Source: Eledone cirrhosa (Eukaryota). Taken from it: a stretch of DNA of 64,000 bases. The stretch is taken from the NCBI GenBank assembly GCA_964016885.1, contig OZ024741.1, forward strand, positions 45,322,001 to 45,386,000, written 5' to 3'. Under the pieces are notes generated by a model. The model saw nothing but the letters and a program-made list of their open reading frames with translations, searched no databases and was not told where the DNA came from. Position numbers and translations under genes: made by a program. Positions 13,240-24,050 of the stretch are shown here, piece after piece (position 1 is the first letter of the stretch; each line of letters starts with the position of its first letter).

Positions 13240-13615
13240 ATAGAATAGGAAATAAAAGAAATAAAAAGATAGATAGAGTGACAAAAGGAGGAAACAGAAA
13301 AAAATTATTTGGAGTATGTTTATGAGTATCTACAATACATAACGTATTACGTATGAAGCCATATACGACATTGTTTTTGAATACCTGACTTTGAATAGCC
13401 CGAGCAACTTGGTAATTTGGTATCCTTTATTGAGAGTGTCTCTCCACTAGCAGTATTTCACTCTTATTCAATAATAAACCTTTCATAATCAAATGCTCTT
13501 GTCTACTAATTACAAATATTGCATCAGTTTATTTTTCAGACTATTAGACCTCCATATGGGAAATATTTATATAACTTCCTCTGTGTAATTAAACAATGTT
13601 ATTTATTACAATCAA

Positions 13616-13790
13616 TGGTGGATTGGCAGTATCAGTAGAGGGTCGGACGCCATGCTTTCCAGCATAGTTACGACCCTTTACGATCTGAGTTCAAATCCCG
13701 CCGAGGTTGACTTTGCCTTTCATCCTTACGGGGTCCATAAAATAAAGTACCAGTAATGCACTGGGTAATTGCTGTGCCAAAAGTAGATAA
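13616..13790 (+). mobile_element. SINE, second family (Meta/MESC-domain-like body)
   Basis: GAGTTCAAATCC B box followed by GTTGACTTTGCCTTTCATCCTTACGGGGTCCATAAAATAAAGTACCAG; inverted homolog at 23455-23575. Confidence 0.75.
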
Positions 13791-13867
13791 AGTTATTTAT
13801 TACAATCAATGACATTCAATACCAACAGATAAGGTAAATACAGGCACTCACACACACACACACATAC

Positions 13868-13901
<34 letters not shown>

Positions 13902-14020
13902 ATGTGTGTATGTATGTATGTGTGTGTGTGTGTGCGTGTGTGTGTGCGTGTGCGTGCGTGTGCGTGTGTGTGCGTGTCTGTGCGTGTGTGTGCGTTTGCT
14001 TATGTATGCGTGTTTTAAGG

Positions 14021-14060
<40 letters not shown>

Positions 14061-14217
14061 TATATATATATATTTACAAGTAGAAGGGATATTTAATTTG
14101 TTGGAAATACAACAAATATAAATGTTTATAACTGATTCAGAGGACTCGAGAGGTTTCTGGAGTAAATATTCAATGATATTAAATAAATGGAAACTATATT
14201 TATAAAACCATATTTAT

Positions 14218-14277
14218 TCTGTTATATATATTTCAAGGGAACCCAAAAAAAATGTTGTACGCTTTCATCAGATAAAA
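14218..14277 (-). ncRNA. Hammerhead motif in a PLE pseudo-LTR fragment
   Basis: Minus strand TTTTAT-CTGATGA-AAG..CTT-GAAA-TATATA-TA; homologous to the 8535-8580 remnant; helix I degenerate. Confidence 0.45.
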
Positions 14278-14351
14278 TACAAAGAGTATTTTATAAATTT
14301 TGACATAGCCAAGGAAATCGAAATCATACCTTATCAGTTGAATTATCGGCT

Positions 14352-15964
14352 ACTGGGGTCCAACAGGGCGACCCTTTGGGACCCCTCCTCTTCGCCCTTG
14401 GTATTGACCACATCGCCCGGAGTATCACGGCCCCTCTCAACGTTTGTTATCTGGAAGATGCTACGTTGGGCGGGCCCGTACGGACGGTCTGCCAAGACCT
14501 TCAATCGGTGATCCAGCCCTGGCGGGAATCGGCCTCCAGGTCAACTCGGCCAAGTCAGATGTGGTGAACGACAGCCTCGACGCTGCTAGCTTTGCAGCCT
14601 CCGTCATGGACGTGCGGTCCATTCTCCGCCAGGTTCAGGTGACCCCCAAAGAGGATGTCATCATCCTTGGGTCACCGATCCACCCGCCGGCCATCCGCTC
14701 CACCATCAGGTCCAGGCTTCAACAGCTCCAGACTCTCACGAGCCGACTGGGCTTGATTGACGGCCACCCAGGTCTCTTTCTGCTGAGGAACTGCTTCGCC
14801 ATGCCGAAGCTACTCTATACACTCCGCAGCGCTCCATGCTACACGCAGACATCTCTCCTCGCTGACCTCGATACTTGTACCCGAGCAGCAGCCGATGGGA
14901 TATGCAACGTCAAGTTTGACGACATAGGGTGGCAACAGGCCACTTTACCGGTCAGGTATGGCGGCCTAGGCCTCCGGTCCCCGATCTCACTAGCTTTGCC
15001 GGCGTATCTTTCGTCGGTAACCTCGTGCTGCATCCTCGTCAGCAAGGTTCTTCAAAACACAACAGAACCCTCTGTGTTCACCGTGGGACCGGCTGGGACT
15101 TAGCCCAGTAGACGTACCTCCTCCTTCTCCCCCTGTTGACGTCAAGTCCCCCCAACGCACTTGGGATGCCATGCAGTGCAGCCTGGCCTCAGAGAGGCTC
15201 ACGCGCCAGCTCGACCAGCACCATTTTCGTGCGGCCTCCAAACTCCACAGTGGGACCTGGTTCCATGCTCTGCCCTCCTTCCCAATGGCACGCACCTAGA
15301 CAACCATAGCCTGCGAATCAGCGTTTCCCTGAGGCTCGGCCTCCGGATGTGCCAGCCACACCAATGTCGCTGCGGTCTCTTTAGGCATACACCCGCTTTC
15401 CTGTCGCCACAGTGCCGGCCGCATTCCACACCATACTGCCCTCAACGACGTCATTAAGCATGGCTTGGACGCTGCACGCTTCCCTTTCCAGCTCGAGCCG
15501 GTGGGACTGGATCGAGGGGACGGCAAAAGGCCAGATGGCATGACCATCTTCCCGTTCCGCGGTGGCAAACCCTTCGTCTGGGATGCCACTTGCACCGACA
15601 CTTTCTGCAGCCGCAACATGGTGCAGCCTGCGACTGACCCAGGTTCTGCTGCACGTCGGGCTGAGGGGGCCAAACTCCTCAAATACCGGTTGCTCTCCGA
15701 GATGTTTGCAGTCGTTCCCCTGGCAGTGGAAACTTCTGGTGTCCTTGGCCCCATGGCTACCTCCTTACTCACCACCATAGGCGCTGAGCTGGCCAGCCGC
15801 AGGTGTGAGCCCCGCGAGTTGGAGTGGCTTTTCCAGCGCGTCTCCCTTGACGTTATCCGAGGAAACGCCTTCTCCATTCTGTCCTCCGGGGCTGTGGGTG
15901 GGCCCCATCACGTACCAATACATTAGTTAAATACTATTCTTTCATCTGATACAACACAATAAAA
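14352..15964 (+). mobile_element. 5'-truncated CRE-like non-LTR retrotransposon (RT + CCHC zinc finger + restriction-like endonuclease), frameshifted
   Basis: GVQQGDPLGPLLFALG (RT motif B'), CYLED (YLDD variant), GLQVNSAKS, WQQATLPVRYGGLGLR, CRCG..H.LSC..HHTALNDVI, RPDG..WDATCTDT..K..KY..PLAVETSG; stop at 15926; AATAAA near 15958; visibly GC-rich. Confidence 0.88.
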
Positions 15965-16098
15965 TTTCTTCTTCCTTAAAACAAATATATATTCATTTTT
16001 ATTACAGTAGAAATTATTTTAAATTAATAAATGCGATTTTAAGAAATAGAATAAATATGGTTTTATAAATATAGTTTCCATTTATTTAATATATATAT

Positions 16099-16252
<154 letters not shown>

Positions 16253-16328
16253 CTATATATATTAATATATATACCAACCTGAAACTAATTATATATAAAT
16301 CATAATACTAAGAGTGATTGGGTATATA

Positions 16329-16375
16329 CACCCTCTGATGAGGATTCAATAAAATCTGAAAATCGATTAAAGATG
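16329..16375 (+). ncRNA. Type I hammerhead motif with intact core and eroded helix I
   Basis: CACCCT-CTGATGA-GGATT-caataa-AATCT-GAAA-ATCGAT-TA-AAGATG; helix I pairs at 4 of 6 positions. Confidence 0.6.
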
Positions 16376-16519
16376 TTTATCATTTTTTCACAACACAGGG
16401 AAATTTGTATTTTCTGGCATATTTACATGTTTACAGATTAGATATGTTATATATTTATACATGTTTGTGCAGCCTCGGTTACACACTCTTTACTTATGCA
16501 GATATGACCTTATCACACA

Positions 16520-16619
<100 letters not shown>

Positions 16620-17599
16620 AAATTGAGGTCGGAAGTCCAACATCCATACCACTAGGCTAAGTGCGTTCACTGCTGGTTACGGTGCATTTCTTATTATGCA
16701 TTGGGCGTTAGGACTTTTCTTACGCCCAAGATATAAGATATTATCCAATAGATATTCAGGCGGACGTTCTGCAAGAGCAAGTTTGGTCTCCAACTTAAGG
16801 CAGAGGTCTATTAAGATTCCAACGTTTTCAGTGGAGGTTAGGGCTCTTCACGTTCGTCTTCTGTTGTCCTGTTGATTGCGAAACGACAGCTTTCCGATGT
16901 GTCGTGTATTCTTATGAATCTTTTTTTAATTTTCTATTAGTTATAGCTATTGTGTTGACAGCTAACTTGATATCTGTTGATATCTATACGACAGAGTGAA
17001 GTATTTGGGAAGGGCCGTGAAAAGATCTTTCAAGATATATTCGTTCGACCTGGTATATCTAGAGTACGGCGGATTAAACGAGGTTACTTTGTACATTTCA
17101 GTTCCATTTACTTTCTTGCGTTCTTTATCCCGAATATTATTATAATTCCTATTAACATCTATCATTTTCTTACCAGAGCAAATATCACCACCCCAATTAC
17201 TAGTCAAAGACACATACACACTCATATACAAAATGTGACGTCATCGTCGTGGTGGTATAAAATGATGCCGTTTACTTATAATCTATAGTAGAATATTTTA
17301 GATAAAATGTTATAACGTTTTAATCCAAATGAAAATAAAAATTACATGTTAAACCCGGGGTCTATTTATTTACGGAAAGATATATACGACTACCACCAAT
17401 TAAGGAAATGTCTTAAATGGATTGAGACGATGACAGAAAAGCTAGTACTTATATTTTAAAGTCTAGTAATTATATTATCGACCTCTGTTTGTCGAAAAAC
17501 TAACAGACTAAATGAAAGTTACACACACACACACACACACATACACACATATACACATACAAACACTCACACATACACACATATACACACACTCACACA

Positions 17600-17642
<43 letters not shown>

Positions 17643-17644
<2 letters not shown>

Positions 17645-19720
17645 GGAGATCAAATTTACAAAACGGAAGAACAATAAACTACAGATTGACATCACGGCAC
17701 TGCTCAATAATCTAAAAAACGCCAATGGAATTATTGTTAGAGCAGACAAAACATCAAACGTATATACCATGGATGTGGACACTTACAATAACTTCATCCG
17801 TAAGGAATTGCATAAAAAATACAGGAAAACTAATGAAGCTACACTTAAAAACATCAACAACTCGGCATGTGATATTGTTAAAAAACTTTGTATTGACGAT
17901 AGAACGCAACCCTTAACACCAGCTATACCATCCTTCAACCTGAAGGACCACAAGGTAAACTTCGATACTAACCCTAATATTAGACTTATATGCCCCTCTA
18001 AATCTGATATAGGCAAAATTAGCAAATATATACTAGACAGAATTATCCCCCAAGTTAAGGTTAAAGTAGAGATTAAATTATGGGGTAACACTCATGAAGC
18101 AATAAGATGGTTTAATAACATTACTGATAAGAAAAAATCAAAATTTATTCAGTTTGATATTGATGAATATTATTCCTCAATTTCACCTGATACTCTACAT
18201 GAAGCTCTTTCGTTCGCTAAGGATAATTCCGACCTTACGGATGCGGAAATTAAAATTATTATGGAAGCGAGGAAAACTATAGTTAAATTCGATGATAGCT
18301 ACTGGGTTCGCAAAGATAGACCTTCTAATTTTGATATCACTATGGGTTCTAATGATTCGGCGGAAGTAACAGATCTTGTGGGAATTTATATCACCCACAG
18401 ATTACAAGGAAAATTCAAGGATCTCCACGGTGGAATCTACCGTGACGATGCGTTCCTATTAGTTAAGCATATGAATAACCAGAATTTAGAAAGGATACGT
18501 AAAAATATCAGAAAGCTTTTTAAGGAACTAGGATTAAATATTACATTTGAATATAACCTCAAAGAGGTCAATTTCCTTGATGTTACTTTCAATCTCAATA
18601 CAGATACGATTAAACCGTTCCATAAACTAAATGAGAACCTTAAATATGTAAATACGAGTTCTAACCATTCACTCTCTATAATTAAATCCATCCCTAGAAA
18701 TGTTTCTCTTAGAATCTCCCGCCTGTCGTCCAACCAACAAACCTTCAAAGAACATGCCGAATATTATGATGATGCACTTAGGAAAGCCGGTCACCTAGAT
18801 AATATAGTGTATATAGTCAAAGATCACCAAAACACCCAAAATAAATCCCATAGGAGTAGAAATAGCACAGAATCACCACCATACATACACTACCGCAATA
18901 GACACAATAATAGTCGCCCACCACCAAACAGAAGGCGATGTAAGGAGTATATTTTGTACAACCCGGTCTATAACAACTCTATTAAAACCAATCTACCCTC
19001 AAAATTCTTTCGATTAGTTAAAAAACACTTTCCAACATCACATAAATATAATAAAATCTTAAACCCTAACACTATTCGACTTTCATATTCAACCGCCCCT
19101 AATATTGAACAACATATAAAAAAGCTTAACGCAAAACGGTTGTATAAACGCCTTCCAACACATAACAATACACGTAAAACATTAGCTATAACATCACAAA
19201 ACAACAAACAACATCCTGTCCTACATAAGCAACCTCATCAACCCATCCATGGCAATACAACAACGCAAAATTATAATTGCGACTGTGTCCAACCAGGAAT
19301 GTGTCCGTTGAACAATCAGTGTCTTGAACGCAACATCGTATACAAATGTACTATCGAATCGGATAGACAGAAGTGGTACTATGTGGGATCTACAGCCACC
19401 TCCTTCAAATCACGCCTTTATAGACATCGTTACTCGATAAAACATGAAAACCAGCGTTATGTAACAACACTCGCAGACAAGGCTTGGCAGCTGCGTGAAA
19501 ATAACCAACAATTTCACCTAAAATGGGATATAATAGCGGCTGCCCCCCCCCCCCCCCCCCATATCCCCATGGACAGGAATTTTGTAAATTATGTAATGTA
19601 GAATTATTTTGTATTATGAAATCCAAAAACATTTTATTAAATAACAGAATAGAGCGATCGTTATACTGTAACCATCGCTTAAAATCTACATTTTCATATT
19701 ATAAATACTACCAGGATTGA
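17643..19720 (+). CDS. Penelope-like element polyprotein (RT + C-terminal GIY-YIG endonuclease), 5'-truncated, one frameshift in a C homopolymer at ~19543-19560
   Basis: 652-aa ORF with RADKT, QFDIDEYYSSI, ITMGSNDSAEVTDLVG, YRDD, VNFLDV, CDC..CPLNNQC, IVYKC..YYVGST..FKSRLYRH; the C-terminus CKLC..CNH continues in ORF 19523-19720. Confidence 0.93.
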
Positions 19721-20187
19721 ACGCCTGTCTCTATCCCCGTTTGATTGTCAAAATAGATATTAACATTCTTTATTAGTCTTAATTCTATCAACTCCTCTAT
19801 TATTTACCTTTTAATACAAACTGCTATAGATAAAATGAGATTTCTGATTTCTTGTTTCAATTCCCTAATGCATATACCAGCTGGCTACTAGCATTGATGT
19901 TATTTAGTAGCAATCGAAATCTCCCCCTTCCCCAATTGACACTTTATAATTAATACTACTGCACCAAATGACCAGCCCTGTCCACTGTCCAGTTGGTCAA
20001 GTAGAGATTAAAATTGGCACTCCCAAAATTCTTATTTAGATTTACTCATGGTATTCTCATTAGAAACCCATTATATACTTGTTTAGCAGTAAATTAATTT
20101 ACCATCTGTCATGTACTATCCCCTCTGTTTCTTCCTCTATTACTAATATAAATACTTCAATTTTTCTGATTTTATCCAATTTATCCA

Positions 20188-20308
20188 AAATCTCTGAAGA
20201 AGTGACAACTGATTATACATTTGCTATCGAATACTTGCTAACATTATATGATTACGCAAGCAGCGATACATAGGTATTCAGTCTGTTACAGAAACATATG
20301 TCAATATC
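20188..20308 (+). ncRNA. Type I hammerhead motif with a ~90-nt extended helix II
   Basis: CTGAAGA (20194-20200); GTGACA-ACTGA/TCAGT-c-TGTTAC plus inner TATCG/CGATA and CTTGC/GCAAG stems; GAAA (20291-94); palindromic CATATG; GTC triplet; helix I poorly paired. Confidence 0.6.
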
Positions 20309-20357
20309 TAATAAATTCCTTTTTTAAAAAAAAGCACTTTCATTTTATATTCATCCT

Positions 20358-20409
<52 letters not shown>

Positions 20410-20411
<2 letters not shown>

Positions 20412-20555
20412 CACTTTCCTATAGATTTCATCTACCAAACTTTTTTAGTCCATCCGGACATATAGGGAAGGAACCTTGACAGGGATGCTCCGTGTGTGGA
20501 ATTCAAGCAGGGATCAAATCATGTAGGGGTGAACCCTCTATCCATGCAGTCGTCT
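20410..20555 (-). mobile_element. Eroded SINE remnant
   Basis: AGATTTCATCTACCAAA..TATAGGGAAGGAACCTTGACAGGG..GGAATTCAAGCAGGG resembles, from memory, a reversed cephalopod tRNA-SINE; highly diverged. Confidence 0.35.
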
Positions 20556-21068
20556 CTGGCCGTATAAGGATACTAAATTCAAAGAGAATGAATTTTCAAG
20601 AATCCTGAGGATACCAAAAATAATTGAAATTCAAATTAAGATTAGGAGTGAAAATCATTTAGGTGGAAAGATAACTATATTTCCGGTGAAAGAAGTAATA
20701 TCTTCCTTGTAATCAAGCAGAGTACTATACTTCCATCCCATCGCGTCAATGTATGGTATTATAAGGCAATTAATTAACAAAAGCTACCTTTGTAAATTAT
20801 GTCTAGTTCAACCTTTGCTCATAATTCCCGATAGGAATTCAGTTTCCTTTGACATTGGTGCCTTTCAAGTTGACACAAGGATTATGATAATTATTATTAT
20901 TGTAGGCGAAGGTATGACTGTGTCATTATGGAGTTCTCTTCATAATGTCGTGGTTTCGAGTTCAGTTTTACTGCGTGTTTTGTGAAGCCTGTTCCTTCCA
21001 CTTTAGATTTGGGTTTGCCAATGTCTTCTGAGTAAAATTTAATAGACGTAAACTACGAGAAAGCCTGT

Positions 21069-21155
<87 letters not shown>

Positions 21156-21322
21156 GGATTAACAAATAATAGTTAAATGCAGTCCACTTAGGTGAAGTCC
21201 AGTTATGGTATTCTAGGTAGTGGATGATATTAACGCTTGGCTTGGTTTGACTCAACAAGGCGTTTTCATAGTGATGCTGCGGGTATGCCGTAATTCCTAT
21301 GTTGTAAACACTTGGAGTAATA

Positions 21323-21933
21323 ATAAATCAGGAAAGAAGGTTTACATGGTTTGCTATACAAAAAGTTTTTAATCACATAGCTTACATTTGTTTCACTGAA
21401 CTGGTATGTCTAGAGATCGCTATTCGCTTAATTTTGCGTTACTCGATCGCCAATACAGAATTATAACCAGTCAGATCTACTGTTGAAGATGAAGAGAAAG
21501 ACTGTAAAAACTAGCTTATCTTTATAATTTAAAATTGATATACACTACGATACTTTGTACATGCCAACGCTTCATTTTGCCTTATGACAGCTAGTTTTAC
21601 ACGCCGTAACATTAGATACATTATATACCCCCCCACCTAAGTATTGTCAGGGTCTCCTTAAATAATTTATTGATAGCATTGTTGTTATTGTTCTAATTGA
21701 ATGCCATTACTACTTCATATAGTAGCCTGTATTTTCTTTTCTTTTCTTGCCTGTGTATTTTATTCATTCTCGCATGCTCCGAAGATCTGACTGGTTATAA
21801 TTCTGTATTGGCGATCGAGTAACGCAAAATTAAGCGAATAGCGATCTCTAGACATACCAGTTCAGTGAAACAAATGTAAGCTATGTGATTAAAAACTTTT
21901 TTGTATAGCAAACCATGTAAACCTTCTTTCCTG

Positions 21934-21939
<6 letters not shown>
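21323..21939. repeat. 156-bp near-perfect inverted repeat (21323-21478 / 21783-21939) of a hammerhead-bearing PLE pseudo-LTR
   Basis: The arms are reverse complements apart from a 1-nt difference in an A/T run. Confidence 0.93.
21774..21881 (+). ncRNA. Type I hammerhead motif (core CCGAAGA) with a ~80-nt extended helix II
   Basis: GCT-CCGAAGA-tCTGA-CTGGT...ACCAG-t-TCAGt-GAAA-CA-aa-TG-TA-AGC; inner GATCG/CGATC and CGC/GCG stems. Confidence 0.55.
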
Positions 21940-22004
<65 letters not shown>

Positions 22005-22110
22005 GATTAAATAACTCATATTCAGCCGTAATAAAATTAAAAGGATGTATAAATTGTGCTTCTATATTGAGTACTCTTTTCTCTCCCCCGTCATTCACAT
22101 GTGGATATAT

Positions 22111-22167
<57 letters not shown>

Positions 22168-23454
22168 CATGCATGCACACACACACACACACAAATACAT
22201 ATATATGTATATATATGTATATATATGTGTGTGTGCCCCTGTTTGGTGTTACTGTTTGTTAATATCCCATAAGTTAGTGGTTCGACAAAAGAGGGGCCTA
22301 GAAAATAAGTTGTAGACCTAATAAGATGTCATCGATCACTGACTACATCCCTTCCAATAAAAGAATAAAGGCTTATAATGTAAATATAGGGAGCCGATTA
22401 TACATACTGTGCCCCTATAGATATGCGACCCTGTAGAGCCTAAGTATTTATTTTACCTGCTTTTTATAGCAACCAAGCCACGACAAGCTTACACTATGTT
22501 TGAAATATATCTATGTCTACTGCTAGAAACTTTTTGACTATAAGTCTCTTCACACAAAGTTAACGTAGATTTAACCTAAATCATCAATTGCAGCCAGTTT
22601 AATACTTTTTCTAGAGTATCGTACATTTGATCATCTTATTAAGAACGAGTTTAAGTACTGAAAAATCTTCAATGATAGTGAACAAAGATACGCGCATTAT
22701 ATTAATTTAATTATATATCATATTGCATTGTTCTACAACTTCCTAAGTGCACATATTCCGTCTGAAAAGGATTGGCATTTTCTCACTCGCATGTCGATAA
22801 AATATGCACTGTAAAATAAATATCAAATACTAAAGTCGATCTCATATACAATACGCTTCCAGTGGCATTGTGAAGATGTAAATCACAATTATTTTAAGTA
22901 ATAATTTACTGTGGGGTAATGGTGTATTACTCAAACAATTTCGGTTCTTGGAGAGCAAAACACGTAAATTTTATGACATTCTAGATACATAGTGATGAGC
23001 ACCATGTTGACTATATTTCCTCTAAGTGATTTTGGTTTAGTTATTGTTATCTAAGTGTATTTGTCAGGGAAATGACCATAAAGACTGTACTTAAAGTTAT
23101 AAAACCCACCAAAGCACATTTGCAATATTAATCAAACTGATAGCCTTTGCAATTACAGGGTTGGATAGGAACGACTTCACACTACTTCGGCATTTGAAAC
23201 ATTACATTAAATGCCTTTATTATACTTGTTGAGTGTCTCTCAGTGATACAATCATTGGAATAACGTGCCAAACACCTTAAAGTATTAACCTTTATTCTTT
23301 TATGTTTGAAGTTCAAATTACTGCAAAGTTTATACATTTTACTGCATTACCGATGTCACATCCGTGTTCCACTCATATGTCACGTGTTATATTTTGATGC
23401 TGCTATATCTATGGCCTTGATAGTATTCAACGTAATATATGCGCTGTAGAAACT

Positions 23455-23575
23455 AATAATTGTTTCTAATTTTGGCACAAAGCCAGCAATTACCCAGTGC
23501 ATTACTGGTACTTTATTTTATCGACCCCGTAAGTATGAAAGGCAAAGATAACCTAGGCGGGATTTGAACTCAGAA
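23455..23575 (-). mobile_element. SINE fragment (family of 13616-13790)
   Basis: Reverse complement reads CTGAGTTCAAATCCCGCC..TTTGCCTTTCATACTTACGGGGTCGATAAAATAAAGTACCAGTAATGCACTGGGTAATTGCTG. Confidence 0.8.
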
Positions 23576-24050
23576 GGGCAAGGCTGTAGCTACTAATAAT
23601 GTTGGCTGTATACTGAACATAATGCATGGTCATGAAACATATACATATACACCAGGTGCGAACACAGAGGAACTAAACTCCCTCAGTCACTAAATCCGTC
23701 TCTCCGGCTTTTCACATCTCTCGCTATTATGAGCAAATGGCGGTCCACTCTCTGACCACCCTGCGGCTCCTGCGGACAGAATAGAGACGGCGTTACTCAG
23801 GTTGAGAGTGAGCGAGAAGTGCAGGAAGAACCATGATCTTAGGTGCTGATTATGGATTTGAATTGTTGATGTTATTATTTTTTTTTTACTGTTGTAGTTG
23901 TTAATTGCTGCTTTTACTGATGCAGTTGCTTTTATTCGTATTATTAATAATGTTGTTGTTTATGTTGCGGTTGCTGCTGTTACTATTTTTATTACATTTA
24001 TTTTTGTTTGTTTGTATTGTAATTTTTGTTGTGTCGTTGATGTTTTGTAG

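Larger units (their letters stand above)
17643..20360 (+). mobile_element. Penelope-like retroelement including its 3' pseudo-LTR
   Basis: PLE ORF followed by an AT-rich 3' region with a sense hammerhead at 20188-20308; bounded by microsatellites on both sides. Confidence 0.8.

Noticed and set aside
22320-23850. Possible host exons in the unique-looking sequence left of the array
   Set aside because: No ORF or recognisable protein motif with convincing splice sites; it cannot be supported without transcript data.
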